64,000 nucleotides of DNA from Promethearchaeota archaeon (GCA_048938005.1 JBHLMQ010000004.1:34447-98446); one strand, 5' to 3'. Shown: positions 9,133 through 20,157, counted from the stretch's first letter. Translations and numbers: made by a program. Notes: generated by a model not told the origin, from the sequence alone.

Positions 9133-10452
9133 ATGTCAGAAGATCCGTTAAAAGATAAAATCAGAGAACTGCAAGTAAAACTAGAGAAAAGGGATCTTGA
9201 AATCGAACAACTTGAAGACACAATTGAAGAACTTGAAGATAGAATTATGGAATTAGAGGCTCTAAGGGAATTAGAAGAAGGAGCTAAAAAAAAAAGTAAA
9301 AAAATGCAAGCTGCAGAATCCAGATTTGCGTATGAACTCGAAGAAAAAGATAAGGAGATAAGAGAACTTAAAAATAGTATGGGTTTTCTAAGAAAAGATT
9401 ACACTCAACTCCAGCAAGAATTTGAAAATTACAAAAATGCTCAGAAGGATTCTTCTGTTATTAGAGTTGAAGATTTAAGAAGCAAACCACCACTCAATGT
9501 CTTGGTTAAAGAATTACAGGATAAAGTAAATAAACAACGATCCGAGATTAATCGATTGAAATCTGAGAATGCTGGCATTGCAGAGTTTAGCGAAAAATTG
9601 AAGGAAAAAGACGAAGAAATTGAAATTTTGAATTCAGAAATCTTAGCGTTAAATCAAAAATTAAAAGATCTTGGTTCTGAAGCTGAAGATAAAAGTCGTG
9701 ATTCAATTACTAAAAAATTAATAGAAGATCTTCAGGGACAATTAAATAAAACTAAAAGTCAAGTAAATGAGTTAAAAAAAAAGCTTGCAAAATCAGATAA
9801 AAAAAGTAAAAAACAATTAAAGGATTTATCTAAAACCGAAGAATTTAAAAAAGAAATAAATGAACTAAAAGAGTTAATAGAATCTAAGGATATGGAAATT
9901 GAAGGTTTAAAACAGCATGTTATTTCTTTACAAAAAGCTGAAATAAGTGCCAATTTTGAGCAATCAGAACCTCCTTCTGGTGAAATGATCAAGGCATTAA
10001 AAGAAGATCTTCAGACTAAATTAAATAAAGCAAAGATACAGATAAAATCTCTTCAAGAGCAGATGAAAAAATATCAAGAGGGAAAAGCACCAGAATCAAG
10101 TAAAACTCAAAAGGAATTAGCAGGTGAATTAAAGATGCAAAGAGAGATGGCAATATTTCTCCAAAAACAACTGGAAACAAAGGAAGGAGAAATTGAAACA
10201 ATAAAAAATGAAGCTGTTCAAATAAAAAGAAGATACAGGCAATTAGAAAATCAACTAAGATTAAAGGATCAAAAACTTAACGATATACAACGCCAATTGG
10301 ATAGTCTTAATATTCAAACACAGTTTCAACCTAAAAGAGAAGATCCTCACTTAACATTGAGAATAAGAGAGCTCAAAAAAATTGTTGATGATTTAGAAAA
10401 ACAAAATATTGAACAAAGATTAGAGATTTCTCAGCTACGAAAAAAGATCTAA
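9133..10452 (+). CDS. Long coiled-coil protein, unknown function
   Basis: 439 aa of E/K/L/Q-rich heptads with no catalytic motif. Confidence 0.8.
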   Translation: MSEDPLKDKIRELQVKLEKRDLEIEQLEDTIEELEDRIMELEALRELEEGAKKKSKKMQAAESRFAYELEEKDKEIRELKNSMGFLRKDYTQLQQEFENYKNAQKDSSVIRVEDLRSKPPLNVLVKELQDKVNKQRSEINRLKSENAGIAEFSEKLKEKDEEIEILNSEILALNQKLKDLGSEAEDKSRDSITKKLIEDLQGQLNKTKSQVNELKKKLAKSDKKSKKQLKDLSKTEEFKKEINELKELIESKDMEIEGLKQHVISLQKAEISANFEQSEPPSGEMIKALKEDLQTKLNKAKIQIKSLQEQMKKYQEGKAPESSKTQKELAGELKMQREMAIFLQKQLETKEGEIETIKNEAVQIKRRYRQLENQLRLKDQKLNDIQRQLDSLNIQTQFQPKREDPHLTLRIRELKKIVDDLEKQNIEQRLEISQLRKKI

Positions 10453-10459
10453 ATCTATC

Positions 10460-11440
10460 ATGGAACTCATTATCCTAGGGAGTGCAGCAGCAACTCCTAT
10501 TAAAAAGCGGAATTTATCATCTATAGCTTTAAAATATAAAAACCAAATTCTCCTATTTGATTGTGGAGAAGATTTCCAGCGTAGGTTCGCAGAAGCTGGT
10601 TTAAAATTTAATAAACCAATGAAAATATTCATTACTCATTTTCATGGAGACCATATTTTGGGACTCCCTCCATTCCTGTTCCGCTTAAGTCTAAATGATA
10701 GAACAGCACCAATGATCATTTATGGTCCTCGAAATCTATTTCTTTATTTATTTCTCCATAAAAAGATTCTCGGTTTAAAAGCTAAATATCCTATTAGGAT
10801 TATTGAGATAAATCATCAGACAAAAGAGCTAATTGAATTTGAAGGATTAGATTCTGAAGACCCAGTAAGAACAATAAACATGAATGATGATATTATATTT
10901 GATTCTAAATATTTCTCAATAAAATATGCTTTAGTAGAACATTCAATAATTACATTCGCATATGCTTTTATTGAAAAACCCCGTTATGGAAAATTCGATC
11001 CTAATCGCGCAAGAAAATTAGGGATTCCTGAAAGTAATCTTTGGAAAAAGTTGCATGAAGGACAAATTATTGAATTCAATGGTAAAGAGATCGATCCAGT
11101 TAAGGAGGGGATTGTTGGACCTAAAAAACCTGGAAGAAAAATAACATACTCAGGAGATTTAAAACCTAGTGATTCAATCATAAATTTAGGAAAAGATTCA
11201 GATATTTTAATTCATGAGGCAACGTTCGCAAAAGCATTGGCAGAAACTGCTAAAGAAAAAATGCACTCTACCTCTATTGATGCTGCGAATGATGCAAAAA
11301 AAATGAATGCAAAACGATTAATTCTCACTCATATTTCTGCGCGCTATGAGAATGAAGCTCAGAAAATCTTAGAAGAAGCTAAAGAAATTTTTCCAAATAC
11401 TATTTTAGCGGAAGATCTACTAAAAGTTGAATTAAAATAA
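10460..11440 (+). CDS. rnz: Ribonuclease Z
   Basis: THFHGDH, exosite with GP motif, HEATF, LTHISARY. Confidence 0.93.
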   Translation: MELIILGSAAATPIKKRNLSSIALKYKNQILLFDCGEDFQRRFAEAGLKFNKPMKIFITHFHGDHILGLPPFLFRLSLNDRTAPMIIYGPRNLFLYLFLHKKILGLKAKYPIRIIEINHQTKELIEFEGLDSEDPVRTINMNDDIIFDSKYFSIKYALVEHSIITFAYAFIEKPRYGKFDPNRARKLGIPESNLWKKLHEGQIIEFNGKEIDPVKEGIVGPKKPGRKITYSGDLKPSDSIINLGKDSDILIHEATFAKALAETAKEKMHSTSIDAANDAKKMNAKRLILTHISARYENEAQKILEEAKEIFPNTILAEDLLKVELK

Positions 11441-11501
11441 GAGTGAATTAACATCTAAATATTAAAAAGAGGATATAAAAAAATCCAATTTAATTATAGC
11501 T

Positions 11502-11720
11502 TTAAATCCCACCAGCAATGTGAGGAAGTATAACTACTTCTGATTGTTCATTGATTACGGTATCGGGAGTAGCTTTCTTACCATCAACTAGAATTCCAAA
11601 ATATTTATCTTCCAAGTTGAGTTCTCGCAATAAATCAGCAACCGTCATTGTTTTATCTGGAGTAAATGTTTCATATAAACCAGTATCTAATAATTCTGAA
11701 ATTTGCTTTATAATAACCAC
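11502..11720 (-). CDS. MoaD/ThiS/SAMP ubiquitin-like beta-grasp protein ending GG-I
   Basis: TVADLL...VVILPHIAGGI*. Confidence 0.85.
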   Translation of the reverse strand: MVIIKQISELLDTGLYETFTPDKTMTVADLLRELNLEDKYFGILVDGKKATPDTVINEQSEVVILPHIAGGI

Positions 11721-11971
11721 ATAAAAATTTTTAGTTATTTATTATATTATCTTTATGATATTTAATATTATTTCTTTAGTTTTATTCGTTTCAGGAGGCT
11801 GTGAATTCTTTTTTTTGAAGATTTTATAGCATTTATTCTACTTATCAGTACATAGTTTCATATCTGATATGAATAGACAAATATTTTTGCGATTTTAATT
11901 AAAATACAATTTTTTTTATTTTTACATTAATTTCTATACTCAGGCTTTACTCTTTTAGAGGAGATTATAAA

Positions 11972-13621
11972 ATTATTGAAGAAGAAGAATACATTGATTA
12001 CACAGAGTTTTTAGATAAAATAAGAACTTATGAGTCCAAAATTAAACAAGTAAAAGATCCTATTGAGAGGACTAAAACAATAAAAGAGATGGTTTCAAGT
12101 TCAATCACTTTTTCTACCGAAATTGCCCAATCTGGAGAATACTTTGAAGCTGGAGAGTTATTATTTTCTGTTGCAGAAATTGTGGAAAATCTTGACTTTT
12201 CGGAAGCACTTGAATTGTATAGACAAATTATTGAACTTTATAAAAAACTTATTGTTGATTATAAACTTCAAGCGAAATTACATGAGATTGCTGAATTATA
12301 CTTGAGAATCGCGGATATTTATCGTGAGAAGATCGGAGATATACAATCTGAAAAAAGGAATATCTTAAATAGTATAAAATTCTTAAAGCAAGAAAGTGAA
12401 CTTTTAAAAGAATTTAATGAAAATAGAAAAATAGCTCAAAATTTTCAAAATATTGCAGAATTATTTTTTAAATTTTCTGATTTCAATAAAGCTATAAAGT
12501 ATTATGAAAAAGTTATTGAAATTTCGAAATCTCATAATTATTATGATATGTTATCGTTTTCCTATCAGCAAATTGGATCTTGTTATGAAGAAATCGACGA
12601 TTATAACAAATCACAAGATGTAATTTTAGATGGAGTAGAATTTTTTTCTGATTTAGTCACTAGATTTGAAGATAAAAATGATAATTTGACTCTAGCTCAG
12701 ATCTATCAGATATTAAAAAATCTCTATAAAATTTTGGATAAAAAAGATCAATATACAAATTTCTCTAAAAAAGAAGCTGGAGCCTATATAGATCTAGCAG
12801 AAACATTGGAAAAGAAAAAAGAAAATTACCACAAAATTGCTAGATATTATCGGGGTGCAGCTTTATGTTATCAAGAAATACAGAATAATTTAATTGAATG
12901 TGCTTCATGTTTTATATTGGGTGGTAACTTCTCAGAGAAAACCGGAGATTTCAATCAAGCTGCACTAAATTTTTTTGATGCAGCTAATGTTTTTAAAGAA
13001 TTAGATAATCTTGAAATGGCATATAAACATTTTATAAAAGCTGGAGATAATTTTTGGAAGATTGGAAGCATTAACGAATCTACTGAGAGTTATTTGAATG
13101 CTTATGATATTGCTCTGGAGGGTAATCTAGAATTTAATAGGTTTGGAATTTTCAATCAAATCGTAAGAGGATTAAATAAAATTGCTGAAGAAGGATTAAA
13201 AAATAAGCAATTCTTTACAGCAGCAACTCTTATTTTAGAAAGTATAAAGTTTTACGAGCAACTTGATACCGCGAAGGATTTTCTTTTACGAGAAATGGTT
13301 AATAATCTATATCGTTATTATTATAGAGCAGCTAACCTTAAAAAAATAGGATATTCTCATATTGTTCAGAGTTATGTCCTGGCATCAATCTCATGCATTT
13401 TAAATGGTAAATTGGAAAAAGCTTGGAAAGTTATATCTGAAATAGAATCTGAAGGGATCACTGTTAAAAAATATAAAGAAATAATAAAAATAATGATTGA
13501 ACAAGTTTCTAATGGAAAAGAAGTTGAATTAGAAATTTTTCCTTATTATCTAAGAAGGTTAATCGAAAGTTCCGAAGAAATATTGTATCTTTTAAAGTTA
13601 TTTAAAGGATTTAAAATATAA
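11972..13621 (+). CDS. TPR / alpha-SNAP-like helical repeat protein (ATG at 12089; frame open upstream, possible ATT start at 11972/11975)
   Basis: Repeated AAxxF/YxxAAxxF helices; GAGGAG at 11958-11963 precedes in-frame ATT codons. Confidence 0.75.
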   Translation: MIEEEEYIDYTEFLDKIRTYESKIKQVKDPIERTKTIKEMVSSSITFSTEIAQSGEYFEAGELLFSVAEIVENLDFSEALELYRQIIELYKKLIVDYKLQAKLHEIAELYLRIADIYREKIGDIQSEKRNILNSIKFLKQESELLKEFNENRKIAQNFQNIAELFFKFSDFNKAIKYYEKVIEISKSHNYYDMLSFSYQQIGSCYEEIDDYNKSQDVILDGVEFFSDLVTRFEDKNDNLTLAQIYQILKNLYKILDKKDQYTNFSKKEAGAYIDLAETLEKKKENYHKIARYYRGAALCYQEIQNNLIECASCFILGGNFSEKTGDFNQAALNFFDAANVFKELDNLEMAYKHFIKAGDNFWKIGSINESTESYLNAYDIALEGNLEFNRFGIFNQIVRGLNKIAEEGLKNKQFFTAATLILESIKFYEQLDTAKDFLLREMVNNLYRYYYRAANLKKIGYSHIVQSYVLASISCILNGKLEKAWKVISEIESEGITVKKYKEIIKIMIEQVSNGKEVELEIFPYYLRRLIESSEEILYLLKLFKGFKI

Positions 13622-13844
13622 AGAATAGACACTTTTATATAAGCCCTAATGGGGAATCTAAAAAGCTAAAATATTTAAAACTAATCCTTTATGTTAATAT
13701 AAAAAGTTTCTTATGAAATGTAATGTGAAATACATTTCTAATTACATTATTAGACATTATAAGTAAATTAATGAATCGAAAGGGAAAATAATTTGAATTT
13801 TTTCTTTAACTTTTACTTTTGATTAATTATTAAGATTAAGGTTT

Positions 13845-14507
13845 ATGAATAAAAGAGAGAAAATAATTTTAAGTTTTGATTTAGATAACACTTTAATTAA
13901 TAATAGAGAAGGTATTGTAGGCTCATTTAATTATGCTTTAGATAAGTTTAATCTATCAAAATTGGAGAAATCAGAAATAGAAAGTATGATTGGAACGCCT
14001 TTAAATGAGATGTTTGCCAGAGTGACCAACAAAGATCCTTCTGAATTATCTTCTGCCTTTAGAGAATATTATGGAACAAAAGGAATTTATCAAGCCTATC
14101 TGCTGCCAGGGATTAAATCTAAGCTGGAAGAATTAAAGAAATTATCGTTCACTTTGGGTATTATAACTTCTAAGAAACAAGAAATGGCAGAGAGGATCAT
14201 AGAAATATTAAAAATTGAGGGTTATTTTGATTATATTATAGGGGAAACAGAAGATAGAAAGGAATTGGGAAAACTTGACCCAAATTTAAAAATAATTTTA
14301 AATAAGAAATATCCAGGATATAAAATTATAGTTATTGGAGACCACCCTAAAGATGTAATGCTTTCCAATAACTTAAACTGTCCATTTATTGGTGTATTGA
14401 CGGGACATCATTCAACTAAACAGTTAAAGAAATTGAAAAAGGGAAAATTCTTAGCAATAAATAGTGTAAGAGAATTGACTCTGAAAAAGATTAATCTTGT
14501 TTTATAA
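13845..14507 (+). CDS. HAD-family phosphatase (Gph-like)
   Basis: FDLDNTL, ITSK, IGDHPKD. Confidence 0.88.
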   Translation: MNKREKIILSFDLDNTLINNREGIVGSFNYALDKFNLSKLEKSEIESMIGTPLNEMFARVTNKDPSELSSAFREYYGTKGIYQAYLLPGIKSKLEELKKLSFTLGIITSKKQEMAERIIEILKIEGYFDYIIGETEDRKELGKLDPNLKIILNKKYPGYKIIVIGDHPKDVMLSNNLNCPFIGVLTGHHSTKQLKKLKKGKFLAINSVRELTLKKINLVL

Positions 14508-14548
14508 AATTTAAACTTCTAAAAATATAAAAAAAGTAAAGTCAATTT

Positions 14549-16006
14549 TTATTCTTTTGACCACGATTCGTATTCTTTCATATATTCTTCTGGTTTCCAC
14601 TGAATGTCCATAAAATTTGGAATCCCACTCGAATCTCTTGGACCAACAACGACAAAAGCATCTGCTTCATCCTCTAAAGATCCGCTTAAGCGAGCAGCCA
14701 TGCCTGGAAGGATAAGAATTCTGTGGTTAACTTTATCAAATGCTTTAAATTCCTTTACAGCTTCTGCTATGCCCCCTGCGTTAAATTGACCCCCAGCTAC
14801 AGCACTTTCAATTCCTATTCCCTCCGTATCAACTACTAAAAGCCAGCAATCAATATTAGCTCCTTGAAGGTCTTGTTCTACTGGGATTTTCGTCATCCTA
14901 TAGTTACTCGTCACGAAGATAGGCGCTTTTGGTCCAGGTTCTCCAATCTTATAAAGTCCAGGGTCAACAGCAGGATAAATTCTAGGATCTGAAAATACGC
15001 TTTGCCTTAATGTCATTAAAGCTAAAAGAGCCCATATTTCTTCTTTCTTCTGACCTGTATGTAAAACAATCAAATTTGTATCAACAGATTCCATAATGGC
15101 TCCCATTATGACTTCTTGATATTGATGTTCCCAAAGCTCTTTATTATTTCCTATCTTCACTTGACTCCAATATGCTGCGGGTACTCCCATAACTGGCCAA
15201 CAAGCATTTCCATCTTCTTTATCTATCGCTGCGGTTCTTAATTGCATGATATTGTCATATGTGACAGAAAGATTACCAGGTCCAAAATAAGTTCCTGAGT
15301 CTAATACAATTTCTTTTACCCCAAATTTCTGTAAAGTAGCACTTAAAGATATTAATTCATCTAAATTATTTGAGGCAATAACAACTGGTAAGTTATTTTC
15401 AATTGCAAATTTACCAATTTGTTCCCAAGTATCTTTAGTAACAGCATAGAGTAATGGTTTTTTATCCTTAATTTCATTCGCTGCAGCTATTAATACTTCA
15501 GAATTGAAACTACATAACATTATTGGAAGATCTGAAATCTCTACAATTTTCCTTGCTGCTAACTTAAACTGATCAACATCTCCAGAAACATTTCTCAAAG
15601 CAATTCCATCTAGAGTAAGTACATCTCCAATTCTTTCTATTTTAAGATTTGTAAGATAATTTACAATCTCTTCTAAATCTGCGTTATCATCAGCGATTTC
15701 AATGAAAATTGCTGTTTGATTATAGTAAGTAAGTTGATGTCGCATTAATACTTCCTCTCCTCCAACTGTAATTGCTCGATCACCAATTCCAATAATAACA
15801 GGTTTTTGAGGTGGGGTAATAAGTTTAATAAGTCTTTCTCGATTTTTTACTTGTTTGGTATCTTGCATTAAATGGGTACAGTCTTGAACTTTTACCTTTC
15901 TTTCTAGAATGTCAGTAGCGAATGCCATACATGTATCATATCCACAATCTTTGCAATTTGATTTATCCAAAAGGGCATAAACTTCTAACGGACTTGGTCT
16001 TGCCAT
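14549..16006 (-). CDS. cdhE: Acetyl-CoA decarbonylase/synthase gamma subunit (corrinoid Fe-S protein, large subunit)
   Basis: NCKDCGYDTCMAFA Fe-S motif, C-terminal LPGMAARLSG...VGPRDSS; likely start MARPSPL at 16006. Confidence 0.9.
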   Translation of the reverse strand: MARPSPLEVYALLDKSNCKDCGYDTCMAFATDILERKVKVQDCTHLMQDTKQVKNRERLIKLITPPQKPVIIGIGDRAITVGGEEVLMRHQLTYYNQTAIFIEIADDNADLEEIVNYLTNLKIERIGDVLTLDGIALRNVSGDVDQFKLAARKIVEISDLPIMLCSFNSEVLIAAANEIKDKKPLLYAVTKDTWEQIGKFAIENNLPVVIASNNLDELISLSATLQKFGVKEIVLDSGTYFGPGNLSVTYDNIMQLRTAAIDKEDGNACWPVMGVPAAYWSQVKIGNNKELWEHQYQEVIMGAIMESVDTNLIVLHTGQKKEEIWALLALMTLRQSVFSDPRIYPAVDPGLYKIGEPGPKAPIFVTSNYRMTKIPVEQDLQGANIDCWLLVVDTEGIGIESAVAGGQFNAGGIAEAVKEFKAFDKVNHRILILPGMAARLSGSLEDEADAFVVVGPRDSSGIPNFMDIQWKPEEYMKEYESWSKE

Positions 16007-16194
16007 TTCAATTTCTCCAAATACTTTTTTTACTCCGTAAAAAATATTCACTAAATATGGTTAGTCTAATTATAAATTGAATTAAAAATTTGGTTTTTTC
16101 AGAAATATAAAAATTACAACTCTATTTTTCTAAATTTAATCATTAAAGTGAAGTTTTAGAAAATTATTAAAAAATTTTTATATTTAATTAGTTA

Positions 16195-17652
16195 ATGGTT
16201 AAGGATCAAAAATATTTTGAAGATCTTAACTCTTTGTTTTATCCTAAACACATTGCATTTATAGGAGCATCAGAGAGCTCCAGACTAGGTTCAATGATGT
16301 ATTTGCCGGCTTTTAGGGATTCTATATGGTCTGAAACTTTTTATCCGATAAATCCAAAATACGATAAATTACTAGGGTGGAAGTGTTATCCTTCTGTTTT
16401 AGATGTTCCATTTCCAGTCGACACAGCCTATATATCATTAAAAACAAATTTTATTCCAGACGTTTTGAAAGAATGTGTAAAGAAAGGAATAAAATGGGTA
16501 ATTATTTTTGCCTCAGGCTTTTCTGAAACAGGAAATTCTAAAGGAAAACAATTAGAAATCGAGCTTTTAAAAATTATTGAAGGTACTAATACAAGAATTA
16601 TAGGACCAAATTGTTTAGGACCTTTAAACGTAGAAACTGGAATGGCATTCTCATTTGCTTCTCAAAAGGGGATTCAGGGTGGAGTATCTTTTATGTCGCA
16701 ATCCGGAGGGCATTTAACCCAATTAGTTAATGTAGGATTTAAACGGGATATTAGATTTCGCTATGGTATTAGTTTCGGCAATCAAATTGATTTAAATTGT
16801 GTGGATTTTATGAGGCATTATCGTCAGAATTTAAAAACAACTATTATTGCTGCATATTTAGAATCATCTGGTTCAGCAAATGCTCATGAATTATTTATAG
16901 AACTTGGAAAAACAGCTAAAATTAAACCAGTAATCTTATGGAAGGGAGGATACACTAAAGATGGATCGCGAGCTGCATTTTCACACACAGGTGCAATAGG
17001 TTCAAAAGATAAGTTATGGAAATCAATAGCTAAGCAAACAGGAACTGTTTTAGTTAAAGATAATGAAGAATTTTGGAATACAATCAAAACTTTCGAGCTA
17101 TTATATCCAAAACAAATTCCAAAAGGACGAAATGTAGGAATAGTTACTCCTGGAGGTGGAGCGTCCGTTAACTTAACAGATTTATTCGCTTCTCAAAACC
17201 TTAATGTGCCAGAATTAACTTCCGAATCACAATTCAAAATATCTGAAATTTTACCATATGTTAACGTAAGCATTAAAAATCCTGTGGATTTGGGGGCATC
17301 GGGATTTATTTTGAACATTTTTAATAAGTGTATAGAAATTGTGTCTAATGATCCAAATATTGATTTAATTATAATACCTCTATGGCCAGATCATATTTAT
17401 CGTCATGTTTTTATTAGGATGATTAGAAGTTTTGAATCATCGTTAAAACCATTTGCATTTTGTTTACCAAATATTGCCGATGATAGTAATCTCGTAAAAA
17501 GGTTTAGTTCTGCTAAAAAGTTATTACATAATAAAAGAGTTCTATATTTCTTGTCATTAAGAGATGCTGCAAGAAGCATCTCACTTTTATGTGATTATAT
17601 AGAATTTTTAAAATCTCGTAATATCCCTATTGCCCAAAGAAACAGAAATTAA
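16195..17652 (+). CDS. ADP-forming acyl-CoA synthetase alpha-like subunit
   Basis: IGAS, IIGPNCLG, SQSGG, AAFSHTGA (phospho-His), NPVD. Confidence 0.9.
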   Translation: MVKDQKYFEDLNSLFYPKHIAFIGASESSRLGSMMYLPAFRDSIWSETFYPINPKYDKLLGWKCYPSVLDVPFPVDTAYISLKTNFIPDVLKECVKKGIKWVIIFASGFSETGNSKGKQLEIELLKIIEGTNTRIIGPNCLGPLNVETGMAFSFASQKGIQGGVSFMSQSGGHLTQLVNVGFKRDIRFRYGISFGNQIDLNCVDFMRHYRQNLKTTIIAAYLESSGSANAHELFIELGKTAKIKPVILWKGGYTKDGSRAAFSHTGAIGSKDKLWKSIAKQTGTVLVKDNEEFWNTIKTFELLYPKQIPKGRNVGIVTPGGGASVNLTDLFASQNLNVPELTSESQFKISEILPYVNVSIKNPVDLGASGFILNIFNKCIEIVSNDPNIDLIIIPLWPDHIYRHVFIRMIRSFESSLKPFAFCLPNIADDSNLVKRFSSAKKLLHNKRVLYFLSLRDAARSISLLCDYIEFLKSRNIPIAQRNRN

Positions 17653-17660
17653 ATTAAAAT

Positions 17661-17990
17661 CTATAAGCGATTAGAAATTCTTTTAAGATATAATTTCATA
17701 TAAAATCTTTGGCTATTACAATAAGCAAATTTATGTTTTAGAGTTAGATCTGGAAAATTCTTTAAGATTAAATGAATTTTTTTGATCATATTAAAATATC
17801 TTTCTGTAATACAATTATATGTTTTATCCGGGTCATATATAAAACCTTTTTCTAAACCTTTGTTATTTAATTTAGGTTTAAAAAATATATCTTTTTGTAA
17901 TTCATGCTCAGTAACAATATCAGATTCGTCAAATATAAAATCATTTTCAATATTTTTAAGATAGATTCTCTCTATTTTTCCTGAACTCAT
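17661..17990 (-). CDS. Hypothetical protein
   Basis: 109-aa ORF with ATG in an intergenic gap; no recognised motif. Confidence 0.55.
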   Translation of the reverse strand: MSSGKIERIYLKNIENDFIFDESDIVTEHELQKDIFFKPKLNNKGLEKGFIYDPDKTYNCITERYFNMIKKIHLILKNFPDLTLKHKFAYCNSQRFYMKLYLKRISNRL

Positions 17991-18315
17991 CTATTAATAA
18001 CCTTATACCTTAAATTTTACTAATACTATTATTTTACTTATATTAATTTCAGAGTAGAGTCCTTATTAACCCATTAATATTTTTTTAAGAATTGATAAAA
18101 TGAAATTTTCAGTAATAATAAATTAAAAGAAGAGGAGAAGGATAACAAAATTCAAATTTAATATAAAAAAGAGATATTAAAGGCGAAATCCAATGTAAGA
18201 TTGAAAATTTTGTTTCCCTTCCTAATAAATGGTTTAAATTAAACTATAAAAATCTAACAAAATTTTGGTCAAATAATTGGAAAAAAAAAGGAATTCTTAA
18301 AATTTTGATTTTAAA

Positions 18316-18852
18316 TTAGTAATATTCTATTTTAGAAACAAGTAAAGCAAAGAAGCCATAGAAAACAATATTTATTATGCAACTTACGATGATTCTAATA
18401 AGAATAATATCAAATGTCAACCAACCATAAGCTGTATATGTAGTGAATATATGATTTTGAGTAAACGGGCTTAAAAAAATCGCAATAATTATTGAAACTG
18501 TACTGATGACTGCCGTTAAAAGCCATCCTCCTAAGCATTGAATTTTACTCTCTCCAAATCTTCCAGCAAGAATCGGTGCTATTATTAGAGCAGCTAAGTA
18601 ACCTAACCCTAAGATCAAAACAGTTAAATCGAAATTACCTAAAAAAGGTTGGGCTATTGTCCAATCTAAAATTATATATGGGGTACTAATAATTGAACCA
18701 AATAAATAATATAGAATCATCAGAGGATAGGTTTGAATGTTATAAAACAATACATTAAATCCTGGACCAATTGCATAATATATTATTGTAAAAATGAAAT
18801 TTAAACCAACAAAAGCAGCTATACTTAATAAAAAAGCTTTACCAAATCCCAT
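18316..18852 (-). CDS. Membrane protein, unknown function
   Basis: About 5 hydrophobic segments; likely start MGFGKAF at 18852. Confidence 0.7.
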   Translation of the reverse strand: MGFGKAFLLSIAAFVGLNFIFTIIYYAIGPGFNVLFYNIQTYPLMILYYLFGSIISTPYIILDWTIAQPFLGNFDLTVLILGLGYLAALIIAPILAGRFGESKIQCLGGWLLTAVISTVSIIIAIFLSPFTQNHIFTTYTAYGWLTFDIILIRIIVSCIINIVFYGFFALLVSKIEYY

Positions 18853-19128
18853 TAAACTCAGACTCTTTTTTATAAAGTGAATGTTAATATTTATTATTTT
18901 CAAGGAAGAAATAGATTTTAAATTTTAGGGTGTAATTAAATCAAATTATTTGTTTTCGTTGGATATATTTTTCATTTCCCATTATGTCATTATAGATTTA
19001 TATTTTCATAATTTTTTAAAAATAAAATAATATTATTCATTGAATTATTAAAAGGTTATAAAGAAGTAAATAATAGAGTAAATGCTCAAAATTTTAATAA
19101 ATTATGAAATCCTAAAAAGACTATAATA

Positions 19129-20157
19129 ATGAAAAGAGTTAATGAAAAATTTACTCTTGGAAAGCTTAAACACGATTATTTAGCTAAGTTACTCTCAAAT
19201 ATAGAAATACAAGATAGTAGAGTAATAATGGGTTCTAAAATCGGTGAAGACGCTGCAGTTATAGATATACCTGGAAAGAATTATTTAGTAGCTAAAACTG
19301 ACCCAATTACATTCGCTACTGATGAAATAGGCTATTATGCAGTAATGGTAAATGTTAATGATCTCGTATGCACAGGAGCTAAGCCGAAATGGTTTCAATC
19401 AACGATATTGTTACCTGAAAATCTCACTACCACTGAAATTATTGAAAAAATATTTAATAATATTCACAGTACATGCAAATCAATGGGAATAACTGTAGTT
19501 GGGGGGCATATAGAAATTACTCCTAGGCTTGATCGACCAATTATAGTAGGATCTTTAATAGGAGAGGTAGAGAAAAAAAAACTTGTACTTACCTCAGGTG
19601 CAGAACCAGGAGATGCACTTATATTGACAAAAGGCATTTTTATTGAGGGTACTTCTATTATTGGACGAGAAAAAGAAAGAGATTTGATAAATAAAGGTTT
19701 CAATCCTGAATTTATAGAAAAATGTAAGAATTATCTTTATAATCCTGGAATAAGTGTTTTTAAAGAAGCTCTTCTTGCAAATGAACATTTTAAAATAAAA
19801 TCTATGCACGATCCAACAGAAGGAGGTTTAGGATGCGGTATTGCTGAAGTGGCAATAGCATCTGATACAGGAGTAATAATTGAAAGAGAAATGGTTAATA
19901 TATTACCCGAGCCTTCAGAATTAAGTGAAATTTTTAATATAAATCCAATGGGTACAATCTCTTCTGGATCTCTATTAATTGCTATAGATGATCAATTCAG
20001 TTCAGAGTTAGTTAACCTATTGAAAAAGAATGAAATTAATGCAGAGAAAATTGGAGAATTTGTCCTGAAAAAAAATGGTTTAAAAATTAAAGAAAAAGAT
20101 GGAAAAATAAAACCTTTAGAATATTCTGAAAAAGATGAAATAATAAAAATTTTTTGA
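19129..20157 (+). CDS. AIR synthase/HypE-like family protein
   Basis: GEDAA, KTDPITF, NVNDL, GGH, MHDPTEGGL. Confidence 0.88.
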   Translation: MKRVNEKFTLGKLKHDYLAKLLSNIEIQDSRVIMGSKIGEDAAVIDIPGKNYLVAKTDPITFATDEIGYYAVMVNVNDLVCTGAKPKWFQSTILLPENLTTTEIIEKIFNNIHSTCKSMGITVVGGHIEITPRLDRPIIVGSLIGEVEKKKLVLTSGAEPGDALILTKGIFIEGTSIIGREKERDLINKGFNPEFIEKCKNYLYNPGISVFKEALLANEHFKIKSMHDPTEGGLGCGIAEVAIASDTGVIIEREMVNILPEPSELSEIFNINPMGTISSGSLLIAIDDQFSSELVNLLKKNEINAEKIGEFVLKKNGLKIKEKDGKIKPLEYSEKDEIIKIF

